64,000 nt of DNA from assembly GCA_964057225.1 (NCBI GenBank), contig OZ059894.1, forward strand, positions 15,438,001-15,502,000, given 5' to 3'. The DNA is from Auanema rhodensis (lineage: Eukaryota > Animalia > Nematoda). Positions within the stretch are counted from its first letter, which is position 1; the number at the start of each line of letters is the position of its first letter. Positions 1-14,200 of the stretch are shown here, piece after piece. The translations under genes were made by a program, and so were the position numbers. The notes under the pieces are model-generated. The model did not search any database. It saw nothing but the letters and a program-made list of their open reading frames with translations, and had not been told where the DNA came from.

Positions 1-838
1 AGCTTTAAAAGTATCAAAAAAGTTTATTAAAGTTCCTAAAGATCAGCTTACTATGTTATAAGTTCGAAAGAAATATGTTAAGGATAGTTCAACTACATTG
101 ATGTGTCAAATATCATTTCAAACTTGAGGTCATTTAAGAATTCAAAATTTTTCTGAACAGAAAGCTAGTACTCTGATCGAATTTCTTTTCTTTTTTCATG
201 CTTTTCTTATCGATTTACCGCTCAGCATCTGTTCTGTTCAGAACGTTCTCTACTAAAAGCCGCCAAAGCTTTTAACTTTCTAAATTTTTTTTAAAATGTA
301 AAGTTAGACAGTAAACAATGGTTTTGGAAATATTTTCATATAGTTATCGTCTATTTGTTCCAAATATGAATTGACCTTTTTCTTATAATTGTACTGACAA
401 GGGAGTTCTCCATTCTCACTATGAGAGTGGAGAAACACTTCAATATATTCTAAAACTAGTTTAAAATCTTTTATTATGTTTCTATTAATTATATGTATAT
501 AAATATAATAAAGATATTATCGTTTCAACATATTCAAAATTCTATTTTTCCACATTTTTTTGAAAATATTTATTGATTTCATATATTCTATTTGATCATA
601 CTTTTTGAATCTCCAAGACATTTCCAATGACAATTGTTGCCTCTTAACCTCTTTTGCCGTTAAATGTTGCTAAAAATGCTTTTATGGCATCGATATTGAA
701 AGCAAAGCTATGAATGTCATGCTGGTGATTGGTTATTGTCCTTGTGCTGCTATTCCTCTTATTAAACTTTGTTTCTTTAATTTCACTCATATGCATCCAT
801 TATTCATCCTCTTCCTTTCATCTATGTACTTCTCACTA

Positions 839-845
<7 letters not shown>

Positions 846-893
<48 letters not shown>
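846..893. repeat. (CT)n microsatellite
   Basis: Uninterrupted CT run. Confidence 0.95.
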
Positions 894-898
<5 letters not shown>

Positions 899-2658
899 TC
901 TTTTTGTTTATATTCTATATAGTCTGATCCTCTATAGTATTATCCTTTGAACTGTGAAACTGTAAACTAGATATGAAAATCTCATTTCACATAAAATTCA
1001 AAATAAATCCAATTAGTACAGAATTTTAACGCATAGTATATAGTATACTATGCCATTTCTTTTCTTCAGATATTCTTCTCAAATATCATTCTGTTTTTGA
1101 ATATTATCAGGTTTCATCTGATTTATTTCGTATTTTTACTAATGTTTCTTTATACTTATATAAACTCTTTCTCATGATTTTTCACTTAAGAAACAGAATT
1201 GTTATTTCTACGAAATGGTCTCAGTATCATCTTTCTATAATAATGGGTATTATTATTAAAATTAATATTTCTCATTTTTGTAAGTTTATTCTAGAACTTT
1301 TCTCTAAAAATTATACCAAAATATGAATGTATAAAAGAGAAAAAAAAACCATTTTTATCATGATTAATAAGAAGAATATCCTGTAAAACTGGTCATTGGT
1401 TGCTAAAATCTTCGGTTTCTTTGAAATAAAAAGTGAACATAAATTGATAATGTTTATTGTTAAATGAAATACCTGAATTAGCTCATAAAATCATTTTTAT
1501 ACCGTGCTATTCATCAATTTTAAGATCATCTAATCAATTTTTTAAACGATGATAATGATCAAACAATCAACTTCACCTATTCATCTATCTTAACTATACA
1601 TATATAAATACAGTTTTATTTAACTAAATCATTAAATCAACTCGTAATATTCTTCTGAAATAATGAATGTTAGGCAATAATCAAAAGAAAAGATTTGATA
1701 TGGCATGTGATTTTCTCATATTTGGGCACCTTATTAAGTTATTTACTCTCATTTCCTTTCTCACATCTTTTTTGTCTGCGATAATGGCTTAATTCAACTC
1801 TATATTGATACATTTATTATAATATTATAATTAGTTAGTTATACTATATAGGAGAATTTCATATTTTCCTCTATTTCCATGGTAGAAAATCATGTCAAAG
1901 TATATTCTCCTTATTACCTCATCCTGTTCAACCAATTACGTACACATGGACTGAGCACATAGGTTAATGAACTAGCTTATCTATTTGTTCTGCTTTTTGA
2001 CTTGAATCCGCTGCAACTCACTTTGTTGCTGTAGCATGCTCATCTCAAAAGCGAAAAAAATCTTTCAAAAACCAGAGAGAAAACGAGGAAAAGAAAACAG
2101 AAAATGAGAGCACCAAGTGGTTTGACCGTTCAAACAGGACAATCAGCAAAAACTGAAAATTTTCACAGAAAACCTTAACAGAAAATGGAGCTCTGAAAGA
2201 CACAACCGCTCTGTGAACATTGTAGCAAAAAATGAGAAACATGTAACTCAAATTCCGTAAATTACACGTAGACGAGATATATACTGTATCATATACTCCA
2301 ATAAACCTTTAAAAATACAAAAATAATTATAAATAATAAACAATAATGTCATAATTTTTCAAATTGTACTATGAAACTTTAAGAAATATTTTGACTTTTT
2401 TGTTTTTCTGAAAATCCGTAAAACTTTATTTTATGGTTTTAATGATTTGTTCTAACACCACCTGACTTATTTTTCCCGAAATCAATTAGAGCTCTGTTTT
2501 CAAATTTTGATGTTTAATAAGTGGATTTGTAAAATGTTTCTGCTTAACAAAGTTTGAATTGAAATCTAAAATTTAAAGTTTAAAAACTAATTTGAAGAAA
2601 AGAAAATTAAAAGAAAAACCGTGAATTGGTCTATAAATAATTTTTTTAATTATTTCAG

Positions 2659-5600
2659 CTCGAACAAGCGGGGTTTTACTTGTAGCTGGTGTCGGTTCGT
2701 ATTGCGCTTATCGAATATGTACCAACTTCTTAGGCCGAAGGTAAGTAGATTGCCGACTTTTTTCATATTTCATTTCAACACAGATAAAACTAAGCATTGT
2801 AGTTATAGTTTGTTGTTTTTCAAGTCGTTTCATTTTCTTCTCTTCAATTAATTTGATTTTTAAAGATTTGTGTGGATGCTTCTGGAATCATCACGAATAG
2901 ATACCATACCAACAGCTGATCGTCGACTTCTATACGACTGCAATGTAAGTTACATTAACTACTTTATGTCTTTTGGAAATTTAATTTATCTTGTTTTTCA
3001 ATGTTTTATTAGTAACAATTGCTTCCTTTACTCTAGAAAGTATTTTTGCTTTACTTCATCATCCTTCATATTTTGATTTAAAACTTCAGTTTTTATAAAA
3101 TTGGGGCTGGTGAGAGATAGAGATAAGTGGGAGAATAAGTTGAAGCTTAACTTTTTTTCATAAAAAAAGTGTTCATGTAGTTATAAACCAATATTTTTAT
3201 TTTATTTTTTGAAAGATGATGACAGATAGATGGATTTATGTTCAAGTATAACTCTTTACTAATCAATAAAACATACAGACAAGATATATGATATAGTTAA
3301 GAGAATCAAATACTATTCTTATCATTAAGTTTATCTTTTGTTAATCTCTACCTTACTGTTTCTCTAAAATCCATCCATCTGTCTTTATTCTGTCGGATGG
3401 TGATAGGCAAGAACTTATGGTTATTACATCATATAACTATAACTAAAAGGGGGTCAATTATATAATATTATTTTATGAAAAATAAACATATAATATAAGA
3501 AATTTGAATGAATATAAACGATAAAGATATATAAAATAACTATCTCCCTATCGTTTCTATTACTTTTCTTAATTTCTATAAACTTAAATATGTATTTCAT
3601 GTTTTAAACTTTATCTTTGTAAATATTTTGATTAAAAAGTTAAGTTTATCTTGATTAATTTTAAGTTATTTGTGAACTATAATCATGACAAATCTTTTTT
3701 AATTATAATGAAAGCATTCAAATAATTCACAGCTAAGTTGTATTCGTGAAAAACTTTTTCCCTGATTGAAACTTACAGCAATGAAATTGTTTAATCTCAA
3801 TATTAGTACTCACTATTACGTAAAAATAATAATAATATATATTCTATTCAAAATAGTTTTATAGATTTGTAGTTAAAAATAGATTTTATACAGTTTTATG
3901 AACTTAACATTCTTCCATCTTTCTGTCAGCTAGGTGATAATGTATAAATGCCCTTGTAACTGTCAAAACGAATTAGAATGACTTATTCCAACTTAATCAG
4001 AACTTTGATTATATGTATCTCAGAACATCTCTTTGCTTCAATTGAAAAAGGATAAAAGTTCAAATGCTTTCAAGACAAAAAAAATTTGATCAATTTAAGT
4101 TTGGTATACCTTAAGTTGAAAAATAAGTTTTCCAAAAAACTTTGAAAATATATGAATTTATTAGAAACTGAAAAAATTCTGAAGCATTCACATATAAAAA
4201 TATTTTATAGATTCCTTTTGATGGCAGCTTAAGAATAGAAGAAATTGATGATGATGACGAGGAGAAACATGAAGATGAAGGGGATGCCGCTAGTGTCGAA
4301 GAATGGCGATCTCGGGTATCTGAGAGTAAATCTTTGAGCCAGGTAGATTCTTCAAATCATGCTATTGGTTAAGTAATAATGCATTTAAGATATCACGCTC
4401 TTCAAGACTTCGTACATCAACCAGAGCACGAGGGTTATTCTCCCTGCGTCATGCTCATCAACCTAGGGAAGGTGTTGTGAGTCGTCGAAGTAACAGTGGC
4501 TCACGTGAGAATTTTTATGAAAATTTTGAAAAAAAAAGCTGAAAGACTTACCAAGTACAACCGCTTTTTACGTCAATATTAAATTAAATAAAAATTATTC
4601 ACTCCCCCCCCCCCCCCATATCACGTGTACTTTCACGCATGCTTTGATATTCAAATATAACTTTTAAAGATAAAAATATATTTCTAATGAATTAATGTCT
4701 TCAGAATGCTCTGATCGATCTGAATCTCCATCTCTATCTGAACACTCAGTATCCCTACAAATAGTATGGGAAGGTGGACAAGACAGTTGGGATGATGAAT
4801 TTGCCAACGGTATATCTTTCTTAATTTACAAATGATTTTAATGTATTTTAAATTATTTCAGCTGCAAGCACATCAACAGCTCCACATCCAACTAGGTACC
4901 GGTTAGCACAATCATCCTCTAGCGTGAACCAACCAGCTCCAGATGCATCTGTTGGAGATTTATGTTCGATATTCGATGACGTAAAACAAGAAGGCACTTC
5001 TTTCTAACGATAATTTCAATTTTCAGGTTATGTCTGTAACATCTGGTCTAGATGTACCGGATGAAATGCTATTTGGAGAATCAGAAGATGCCATAGATGA
5101 ATCTGAAGAAACTCAATTAAGCCATATCAAATGCTTAACTGATAGCAAATACATGTATTCAAGTCTTGTTGCGGGGTATGAACATTAAGTTTGACAATGA
5201 TTTTCATTCAATTTCATTTTCAGTAGCGAATTTGGGTCAGAAACTGGTTCGGTATGTAGTACACCATCCCGTTTACGATCGTTAAGGAGGAGAAAGCCAG
5301 AAAATACCGGGTACATTTTCATTTTGTTTTAGTTTTCTGAAGAATTTGTATTTCAGCCTTTGGAGTTTTGCTGCAGAAGAGCCATGTACCTCAACATCAA
5401 ACAACAACTTGAACTTAATGACGGATAGTGCTTTAACAAGAAGTTCTCACTCAAAGAAAAGGTATAATTTCTTTGCAAATTCATATCATCTTCAATTTTT
5501 CATTTTTCATTTCTTATTTTTACCATTTAGTTCACAAGGACCATCTATGTTCGATTCTGCAATTGGAACCGATTTACTATCAAGTGATGACGGCTCCATC

Positions 5601-6860
5601 GGACAACCTAGGTAACAACATGCTACATCTTTTCTTTTCTTTTCTTCCAAAATTCAGCATGAAGCCTATCATTACTAAATTTGATTTTTGCTTTTCTTGT
5701 TGTTTTGTCTTTTTTTTTTGTAAGAAAAGATATTTTAGATATCGATTAAATCCATTACAAGAAGCTGATAACATTTCAATTGCACAAACTGATGTTAGTA
5801 TGGAATGGTGTGATGATGAAGGATTACGGTAAAAATTATTAAATAAAACACCAAAATTAATAAAAATTGTTTGAAAATTGGTGATAATCATTTTAAAAAT
5901 TAAAATTTAATGCTGAACTGATGATTTCTCTTTATTCTATAAATTTATTTCAGATATGGTATTGGAGGTGATCTTGATATTCGTGTTCCTGCAGATGGAT
6001 TAGATTGGGAAATGGATCCAACAACTCCAATTCATAGACCCAAGGTATGAATTCAAATTATTTCTTGAAGAAAGGAAGATAAATCAAAATATTTAAAAAA
6101 ATTCAACCATTTCCTTCCTGAAAATTAGTTCCCCCTGGTTAGATAATTTTAGAAAATGTTGCGCAGTAGTTTGATAATAGTTATTCAAATCAGATTATAA
6201 TATAATTTAACTTTATATTATAATTATTTCTGGATTTTACGTAGTTTCTCTACTATCTGAGTTTAAGTGAAAGAAAAACGTGAAAAAGGAGGTATAGATA
6301 TGAGAGAGACAGAGAGAGGGAGAGAGGGGGGGAGTGGGGGAGGGAGAGAGCTAAAAATAGAAATATTGAGATAGTGAGTTAAAGAAAAAATAAAATTGAA
6401 CGATCTATTATCCATTCGAAATTAAAATCCATAGCACGAGACGTGTTAATTCTTAGATTTGGAGAATGAAAAATTAATTTGATTAGTGACGTCATTGAGA
6501 ACTATTAAATTATGCAGAAGTTTTCATTGAAAAGAGATCTAAACAACTGAATTGTTAATATATAACAAGATATTGTTGTTATTACTATATATGAATAATT
6601 AATTATTATAACTATATAGTAAATTAATCAAAATATGAACAGAAGATGTTAAAGTTCAATATCAATGATAATCCATAACAAAAATAGTTTTATTATCAAG
6701 TTAATATTTATTTGAAATAATTATGATAATGATGATAATGTTTGGTGAATGAATTTTCTATACATATATAGTATATTTAGTTAATTTAATAGATTCATAG
6801 AATTTCTATATAGTATAGTATTATAGGATTCTATTCCATATTTCTCTCTCTCTCTCTCTC

Positions 6861-6913
<53 letters not shown>

Positions 6914-9900
6914 TACTTGTAAATTGTACTTTCATAATGAAATTTTAGGACAATAAGTAGATAGATAAGAGAGTATTGTATATCTCAACTAAGAATTCAT
7001 GAATAAACCATAGCCTTTAAGCGAAATGGTTTTTTGTTTCTATTGAAAAATTTAAACTTCTTACAATTATATTCAAAATGAAGAAGCTATTGTAGAATAA
7101 GTGAAAAATTTTATGTTTCAGGATCGAAGTATGTGTGTGTCCAGCATCTATAGGCCATCCTGCTTCAGAGATCTAATGGTTATAGCTTGTCAACAGTATC
7201 AGCCATATACACCACAGTTCAAGGTTTGAAATTAAGTTTTAAGAAAAGTTGTGTATGAAAGTGGTCCCTGTTAGAGCATGAAAATCATGTTTGAAAATTG
7301 AAATATGATGTTGAAGACGTCGTTTCGAATGTTTTCTATTTCCTTATTTTAACTTGTTTTGTGTGAAGAAATAATTTTGATTGTCGGCCACTTACATACA
7401 TATGTATTAGGATAACCAGATATTAAGTACAATAGATCTTTCTTTCGTTTATATTTTAAAAAATCAAAACGATATCACAATAACAGACAAACTAACTAAT
7501 AAGTTAAAGCTGGAAGAAGTATATACTAGGCTGCAAATACGATAAATATAATTGATAATATACATATAATGCTGATCATGCTAGATAATAACCCAAACTA
7601 AATGTAAGTATATAGATAGGAAGCCGCAAACATGCTAACCATAACATATAATTGAGCTAAAATTAGAATTAGAATGCTATTCACTTTTGCTTTTTTTTGC
7701 GGTTTCCTCCTTTGAGCTTCCCTGATTTGTAACTTGTTTTTAGTAAAACATATATATATATATATGTATACATGTTACGTAGAATTGCTATGAATAGCTA
7801 AAAACTTGAAAGATGTTGGTTAAGTTTGAAAGATAAATACGAATAACGTTTAATTAGAGCCCCTCCAAAGCACGTCACTATGTTTTACGATCATAGCATA
7901 TTCTTGAAAGTGTTGCACTTTCTCCAGCTGTATGTGTGTGTGTGTGTGTAGAATACCCCAATCAGGCGTTAACTAAAGATTGAATGAAATAAAAATTTAT
8001 GATTTTTGTGAAACAAAGCTCATCAAATGGCTCTGTCTTAACTTTGTTTTCTCTTTGCAGACTTTGTTAGATATGTACCATCGACAACGATTCCGAAAAC
8101 TAGGCCAGATTGATGGTGATATAACAGCTGAGAAGCAAATTCATCTGGCTCTCCATTCGTTGCTCTATCATCAAGTCCGTTTGCTGCCTGGAGTCACATG
8201 GCCTGAACTTGAGCAGGTGAGAAAGTTTTTAACTGTTTAATGAGCATACAGCTGACGGTATTTGGTAATTTGATTAGCTATTATACATATAATTATCAGT
8301 ATTCCCTGATATTCTCTGATATTTTGTCAGAAAATCTTTCAAAACAATTGATTTTGGTTTTAAAAATAGTTGGGTTCACATACGAATTCGATTGTACGGA
8401 TTTTGTATGGCGTAAATGAAGCACCATCCATGAATTAACGACCAGTGCTTCTGCCTTCACTTCAAATGCTTCTGGCTTTCTCCCTGACGACGAAGATGAC
8501 GAATAGAACGATAACGATGATCTGGCTGGCAAATGCAGTAGCATATGATACTCTGATTTCATATAGTGTTTGCTTATGGCCTAAGGCAAAACAAGATTCG
8601 ATTGAAAACAGAATTTGTCTTAAGGTCAGAAGTATCGCAGAATAGCTTGTAATGCATGTCGTGTGTGTGTCATCATATTGCGACATTCGAATGAACAGAA
8701 GGAAAAAAAAAGAATAATTTCATCATTTAATGTTTATAGTTTGGAAAAAAATATAAAATATCATATAAAATAGAGCTCAGAGAAAAAAAACCTTATAAAA
8801 GACTAAGATGTATAATATTATCTTAAATAATAATTTATATCATAATTATATGTTTATAGTTTGGGTTAATAGCTTATATATGTATGTAGTTAACAGGCAT
8901 ATAGACTGAATATGATAGATAGAATAAGCAATCTACTAGAATTTGGTTTTGTTTATGATGGAGAGGAAAAAAATATTTTATTATATCTCAAAGAATAGAT
9001 GATGATAGGATAGTTCACACAGGTTCTAAAGATAAACGCTTCATTATTCTTGTTGGGGTATGGGCAAGATAGCAATTGGATGAAATAATCATCACGGGAA
9101 TAATCATTAGGCTAAACTGGATTAAGGTAGTCCAAATTTTTCTGTAAAGTAATGGGTTTTGAGACTGAAGAAGAAGATGAAAATTTATGATAAGGCTGAC
9201 TAAGAGAGAATTGTGAGTGAAAGAGAGGGAGAGAGAAAGAGGAGAGGGAGAGAGAGAGATAGAGAGAGATAACGAGAGAATTAGACTGATTTGATTAAAT
9301 CAGAAGATTTGTTTTGAGATCTTTCAAATCTATTCATTAAAATTTTCCATTTCAATCACAATCAGTTGAATTGATTTAACATTTTTTTCCTTTTTTTTGG
9401 GGGATTTTTTTGGAAAACATCGGTTTGTTAGCAAGTAAAAACAATTCAGGTAATCTCAACAGCTGAAAATATAGATGCTCTATGGCTATGTTTTGACAGT
9501 TTCCTTAATTTAATCAAAATTCTACATATCTCAATCTAGTAATAATGCTTTTTACTATCAAAGATCAAAGATAGTTAAGAAGATAGAACAGAAGAGATAA
9601 GAGTGCTTTTCTAGGAGTAGCTAGCTAAACCTAATATGGCGAGTGAGCTTCGTTTTTCTTCACTATGACTGATCTATAGGCTGTTTCCACACAAACCCAT
9701 GAAAGTATGAAAAGGTTTGTGCGCTGACTCAGAAGCATTCGTCGTATGCTCTTAATAAAAGTGAAAAAAACTGACACAGAAACTGCTCATCTTATGTGCT
9801 TTGGAGAAAATGATTATAGTAAATGCATATTCCGAGCAGTGCCAAAGTCGAATCTAATGCTCTAAATGAACTCTGATAATCGTTGTTGATTTCAAATAGA

Positions 9901-11180
9901 TTCCGACGTCAGATTTTTTCATTTAACATACGAAGAAAGCTTCGTTGAGGATTTTAATTAGGTTTACGTAGTACTTCTATTCAGAGAGTATTATGAGGTG
10001 TTGGATAATGGTGAATATGAGATGGCAAAAGCAACCAGTCTCAGTGTCTACAGTAAGTAAAATAGACTTCTAAGCTCACGTAAATTTCACGTCAACATAC
10101 GTGTAATACGTGAACGCAGTTAGATGGAAATGAATGGATTGGGGGATATTAAATCAGCGCTGGTTAGTCAGACATAAGAGAATATAGTCAAGAATATTTA
10201 GAATACAAAATGTATAATATCAAATACTAATATTAATATATGATGATATATTGATACTGAAGATGATAAGAAAAACAAATGAATTGAGATGTGCTCGAAG
10301 AAAGATTTTGAAAAAGACGCGAAGTTGTGGTGTTGATGGAAAACAAAAGGAAAAACTGTATGAGATTCTCTGAATGTTCATAAGTAGTTTGTAATACTTC
10401 AGACTACGGTAATCACAGGAATATCTTCTCTTGCTAGTTATCAGTTGCGATTATCCCTTTCGACGCCTGCTAAGAAACCTGAGAACGTCTGATGAGAATT
10501 GCATCGGTCGTAGTTGCACATGCAGCGGAACAAAAATTCAGGACCACCGAATCGTGGTGAGAGAGGTCGTAGGTCGAATTTCTGAAAAAAGGCGATTAGT
10601 ATGAAGTTAGGATAAGCTTTTTTATGGATGAAATCTTTTTCAATGGTTGACTTCATGTTGAGAAGATCTCAATTTCGTCAATCGGCTATCTGTCTCATGA
10701 GCATCTGAACTACTGGCTACGTTATAGCATCGAGTCTTTCTTATTCTTGCTCTCGCAATATCTCTTTCTCTCACTCATTCTCTCTCTTTCTATATATATT
10801 TCTCTGTTTCCTCCTAGAAAGAGTGGTTGTAGCAATAGTAGTAGTAGTAGTAGTAGTTAGTAGTAAGTAGTAGTAATGATAGTAATAGTAGTATAGTACA
10901 GTGACCTGGAGTGCTAGAAGCTGAGCAAAAAGCAAAAGTCATAAATGAAACTAATTAAAAAAGGAAGTGAGATCACTTTTCGCATAAACTAAGTGCAGTT
11001 GAGAATCTATTGAACTCAAAAAAAATTTATTTTCCTTCAATTAAGTTGAAACTAGAATAATGTTGTCAACTTTCAAAGAATGTCAAAAGACTTGATCGGA
11101 AAACGAATTTGTAGATAGCCTTTTGTCATGAGATTGCGTCAGCATAATTATCTCGTTCTATGCATATATGTATATATAGT

Positions 11181-11217
<37 letters not shown>

Positions 11218-14200
11218 CATAAAAATCCTTTCTCACATCTATTATAACCAAGTTTTTTCTATTTTTTGCCTTTTGAAGACAAAATTTAAGAAAAAAGAAG
11301 CGGAACTGTTAGTGACTGTTATTGAAATATAAGACAATATTTTCAGCTTTCCTTCCTCTTCCTCTTAGCTATTTTATACAAAATGAATATACTATAATCT
11401 GCTCAAGAATGTAAACACAGTATCGATGATCATGAGCAGATGAGACGATATTTACAATATTTCTGAGTGATACAAATGAAAAAAGAAGTGTATTTCCTTA
11501 CCTCGTAGATACAGACTGTTAGAACTTTGTAGAAGCTGTCACCTTGTTTGAATGTGTTATCATATACGTAAGTACTATCCTCTTCGGGACCTGTAAATAA
11601 TATAATTTATATTATATATAGATTGATTAAAGAGAATAAGATTATATTCTTCTTTAATTCATTCATAAACTGACCAACTCCGAAGACTCGAGTTATAATT
11701 TGATTGCTCTGAGGAATGAATACACAATATTTCCATTCGTCATTTTTAACTTCTCTGATTTCACCGGTCTAGAAAAAAAGTTATTTAAATAAGGTATTGC
11801 TCGTTTGGTTCTCATGTGTTTGGAGAAAAAAATGTTTGAATAGTTGATGCTAAATGGATGACGTGGATGGCTATATAAGGAATAAGTGTTATGACATTCG
11901 ACCAATTTTCATTACTGTCATCTAGCCCAAAAATGCGAGATATATTATCATATCCCGTTCTTCTAGCCTGTCAACTAGCCTTGATTTTCTTATTTGACTC
12001 CATAGATGATGTCATCAAATGATTTCATCGTCATCTTATCATCATTATATCAAAATTAGAGAATTTGGTGTATGATTGGTTATCCTACGTAAAGATCAGA
12101 TGATGTGTGGTCGAGGAAGAACGAGGACACAACATCTGCATACATTCCGTAGATGCCAGTAGGAACTTGTTTCTTCACACATCACTCAACCTTGCGGATA
12201 TACAGAACCTCATGGCGAGCATTACTATTCACGGATTCTGTGGAAGATGATGATGCAATAATGTCCATCTTTCCTTATTCTTGAACCACAAAAGCCATCT
12301 CATTGCTTTCTATATTTCAAATTGAAAATGGTAATTTCTAAATTACCCGAAAGGGCATTCTGAACTCAGAATATTGACGGTCAACGAAGATGCGTTAAAC
12401 GGACACAGCAATATATAGAGTAAGTGAAAATGGGAGAAAGCAAGAGATACAAAGAAGGAAGAGAAGAAGGAGAAACTCCTACGAAAAGCATTCTTTTCAT
12501 TATATCAGCTTTCATCTAATTGAAAAGAGGACCATGACGGGTTAACTTGGTTTCAGCTCTTCAGCCTATACGTTACTGAAGCGTAGGAGTTGTCAAAGTT
12601 GGAAGATGACAAAAATGTATGAATGTTGCTAATTCCAATTAGCTTTGTATTTTTCAAGTTCGAACTGTTCTGTTTGAATAATTTTTGAAAGCTTCACCAA
12701 TTCTATATAAGAGTTTTGGATGAGCTTAGAGAAGATATATAATCATGATAAGGAAATGAAGACTATTTGAGATGAGATGAATGAAAAACACAGGAAATAC
12801 ATTAGAAATATTATGTAAACTATACGTACTGATTCATCGGATTCGAAACATGTTAAAGCAGCAGATTGAGCCAGAATGGAAAGAAGGCAGAGAAGCACAA
12901 ACATCATTATATTACCTGAAAGAAAATTAAGAAATACGGTTAAATTATGGTTGAGACGTTCGAAACACAAAACATAATCAGAAAAAAAAACATGGATATA
13001 GAACGACGAATAATGGAAAAGGATGAAAAACAAGAAAACGTTGTGGATTAGGATTGCTTAAGACTTAGTGAATGTCATCAAAAGACAAATAATACAAGTA
13101 GATATTGTGAAAGATATGATGGAGAGAAGACTAACGAAGAGAACAGGGCAATCAAGGTAGAATGAAGGTGAGAGAGAGAAAAGGAAATATATGGAATGAT
13201 AATAGAAAGTGCGATCAGGTGAAACTAAATTGAATTTTTGGCTGGGCTTCAAAGAAATTATATCCGGAATAAAAGGAAAAAAAAACAAATTTGTTTAAGG
13301 TTGTTGAGTATAGTTGATGCATTTTGAATTTTGTAAAAGTTTGGTGATATTCCAAAACAATTATGTAGAGGAAACGTCATGAATGAATGAAGAGGGATTG
13401 TGCTTTAATAAAAGAAATAGGAGGAGCTTGATCTTGAAAGAGGAAAATGGGAGGAGATTGAGGAGGAGACAACTCACTCTCTCTCAGAAAGAGGTAGAAA
13501 GAGGATGAAAGGAAAAAAGAGAAAAGCAGTCAGATAAAGCCTTATCTAGCTGTAGTAAATCGCTGCTTTGTTTCTTCATTTCTCTAATTCTCTGACTTTG
13601 ACGTATATTACTTTTGGAGTGCTCTCTTTCACCATCCTCTCTCATCCTTGCTCTCAAGTCTAACCGACCAGCGGCTACCCGTGAAAGACCGCCCATCAGC
13701 TCCACCCCCACCACTGCAGATCGGTTGAAAGAGCCCTGACTAATCGTAGTAATAGCCATCAAAAGTCGATCTTAAGCTCTAGATTGTGAAGCTTATATAT
13801 GGGATCGAAAAGCTAAGAGCTCACATCAGTTATGGAAACAATAAGAAAAGGAATGAAAAGCAGATGAACAAAGCCTATAACTGGTAAAATGATAATGACA
13901 CTGACGTCCATGTTCTCCGCCGCCGTCGAAGAACAAGCCAACGAATTGAAAATTAAAAATGTGGGCGGTACTTATCAAATGTTGCTCATTGCCCACTTGC
14001 TTGTTGGTAGAAAATGGAAAGAGTATAAGAGCAAAACGTGGAAAATACAATTAAGTTCAGTAGAAACAAGGAAAAGTGAAAAGACCTCTCAAACCATTTG
14101 TCGAGATATTCTGATTTACTAATGGTCTCCGTCACTTCGAATATTAAAAGCTTCAATAGTATAGGGGTGATGTCATTATAAAAAAAGCTCCTAGTGATCT

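Noticed and set aside
318-342. Possible first exon (MVLEIFSY) for the OTULIN-like gene
   Set aside because: The phase fits but the donor (GTTATC) is weak and nothing else supports it; the true start may lie outside the window.
710-950. ORFs with SLSLSL runs (also 31762-32007, 31775-31969 and 39653-39835)
   Set aside because: Artefacts of CT/GA microsatellites.
8296-8686. Overlapping 66-88 aa ORFs on both strands
   Set aside because: No splice architecture or recognisable motifs; probably a GC-richer non-coding island.
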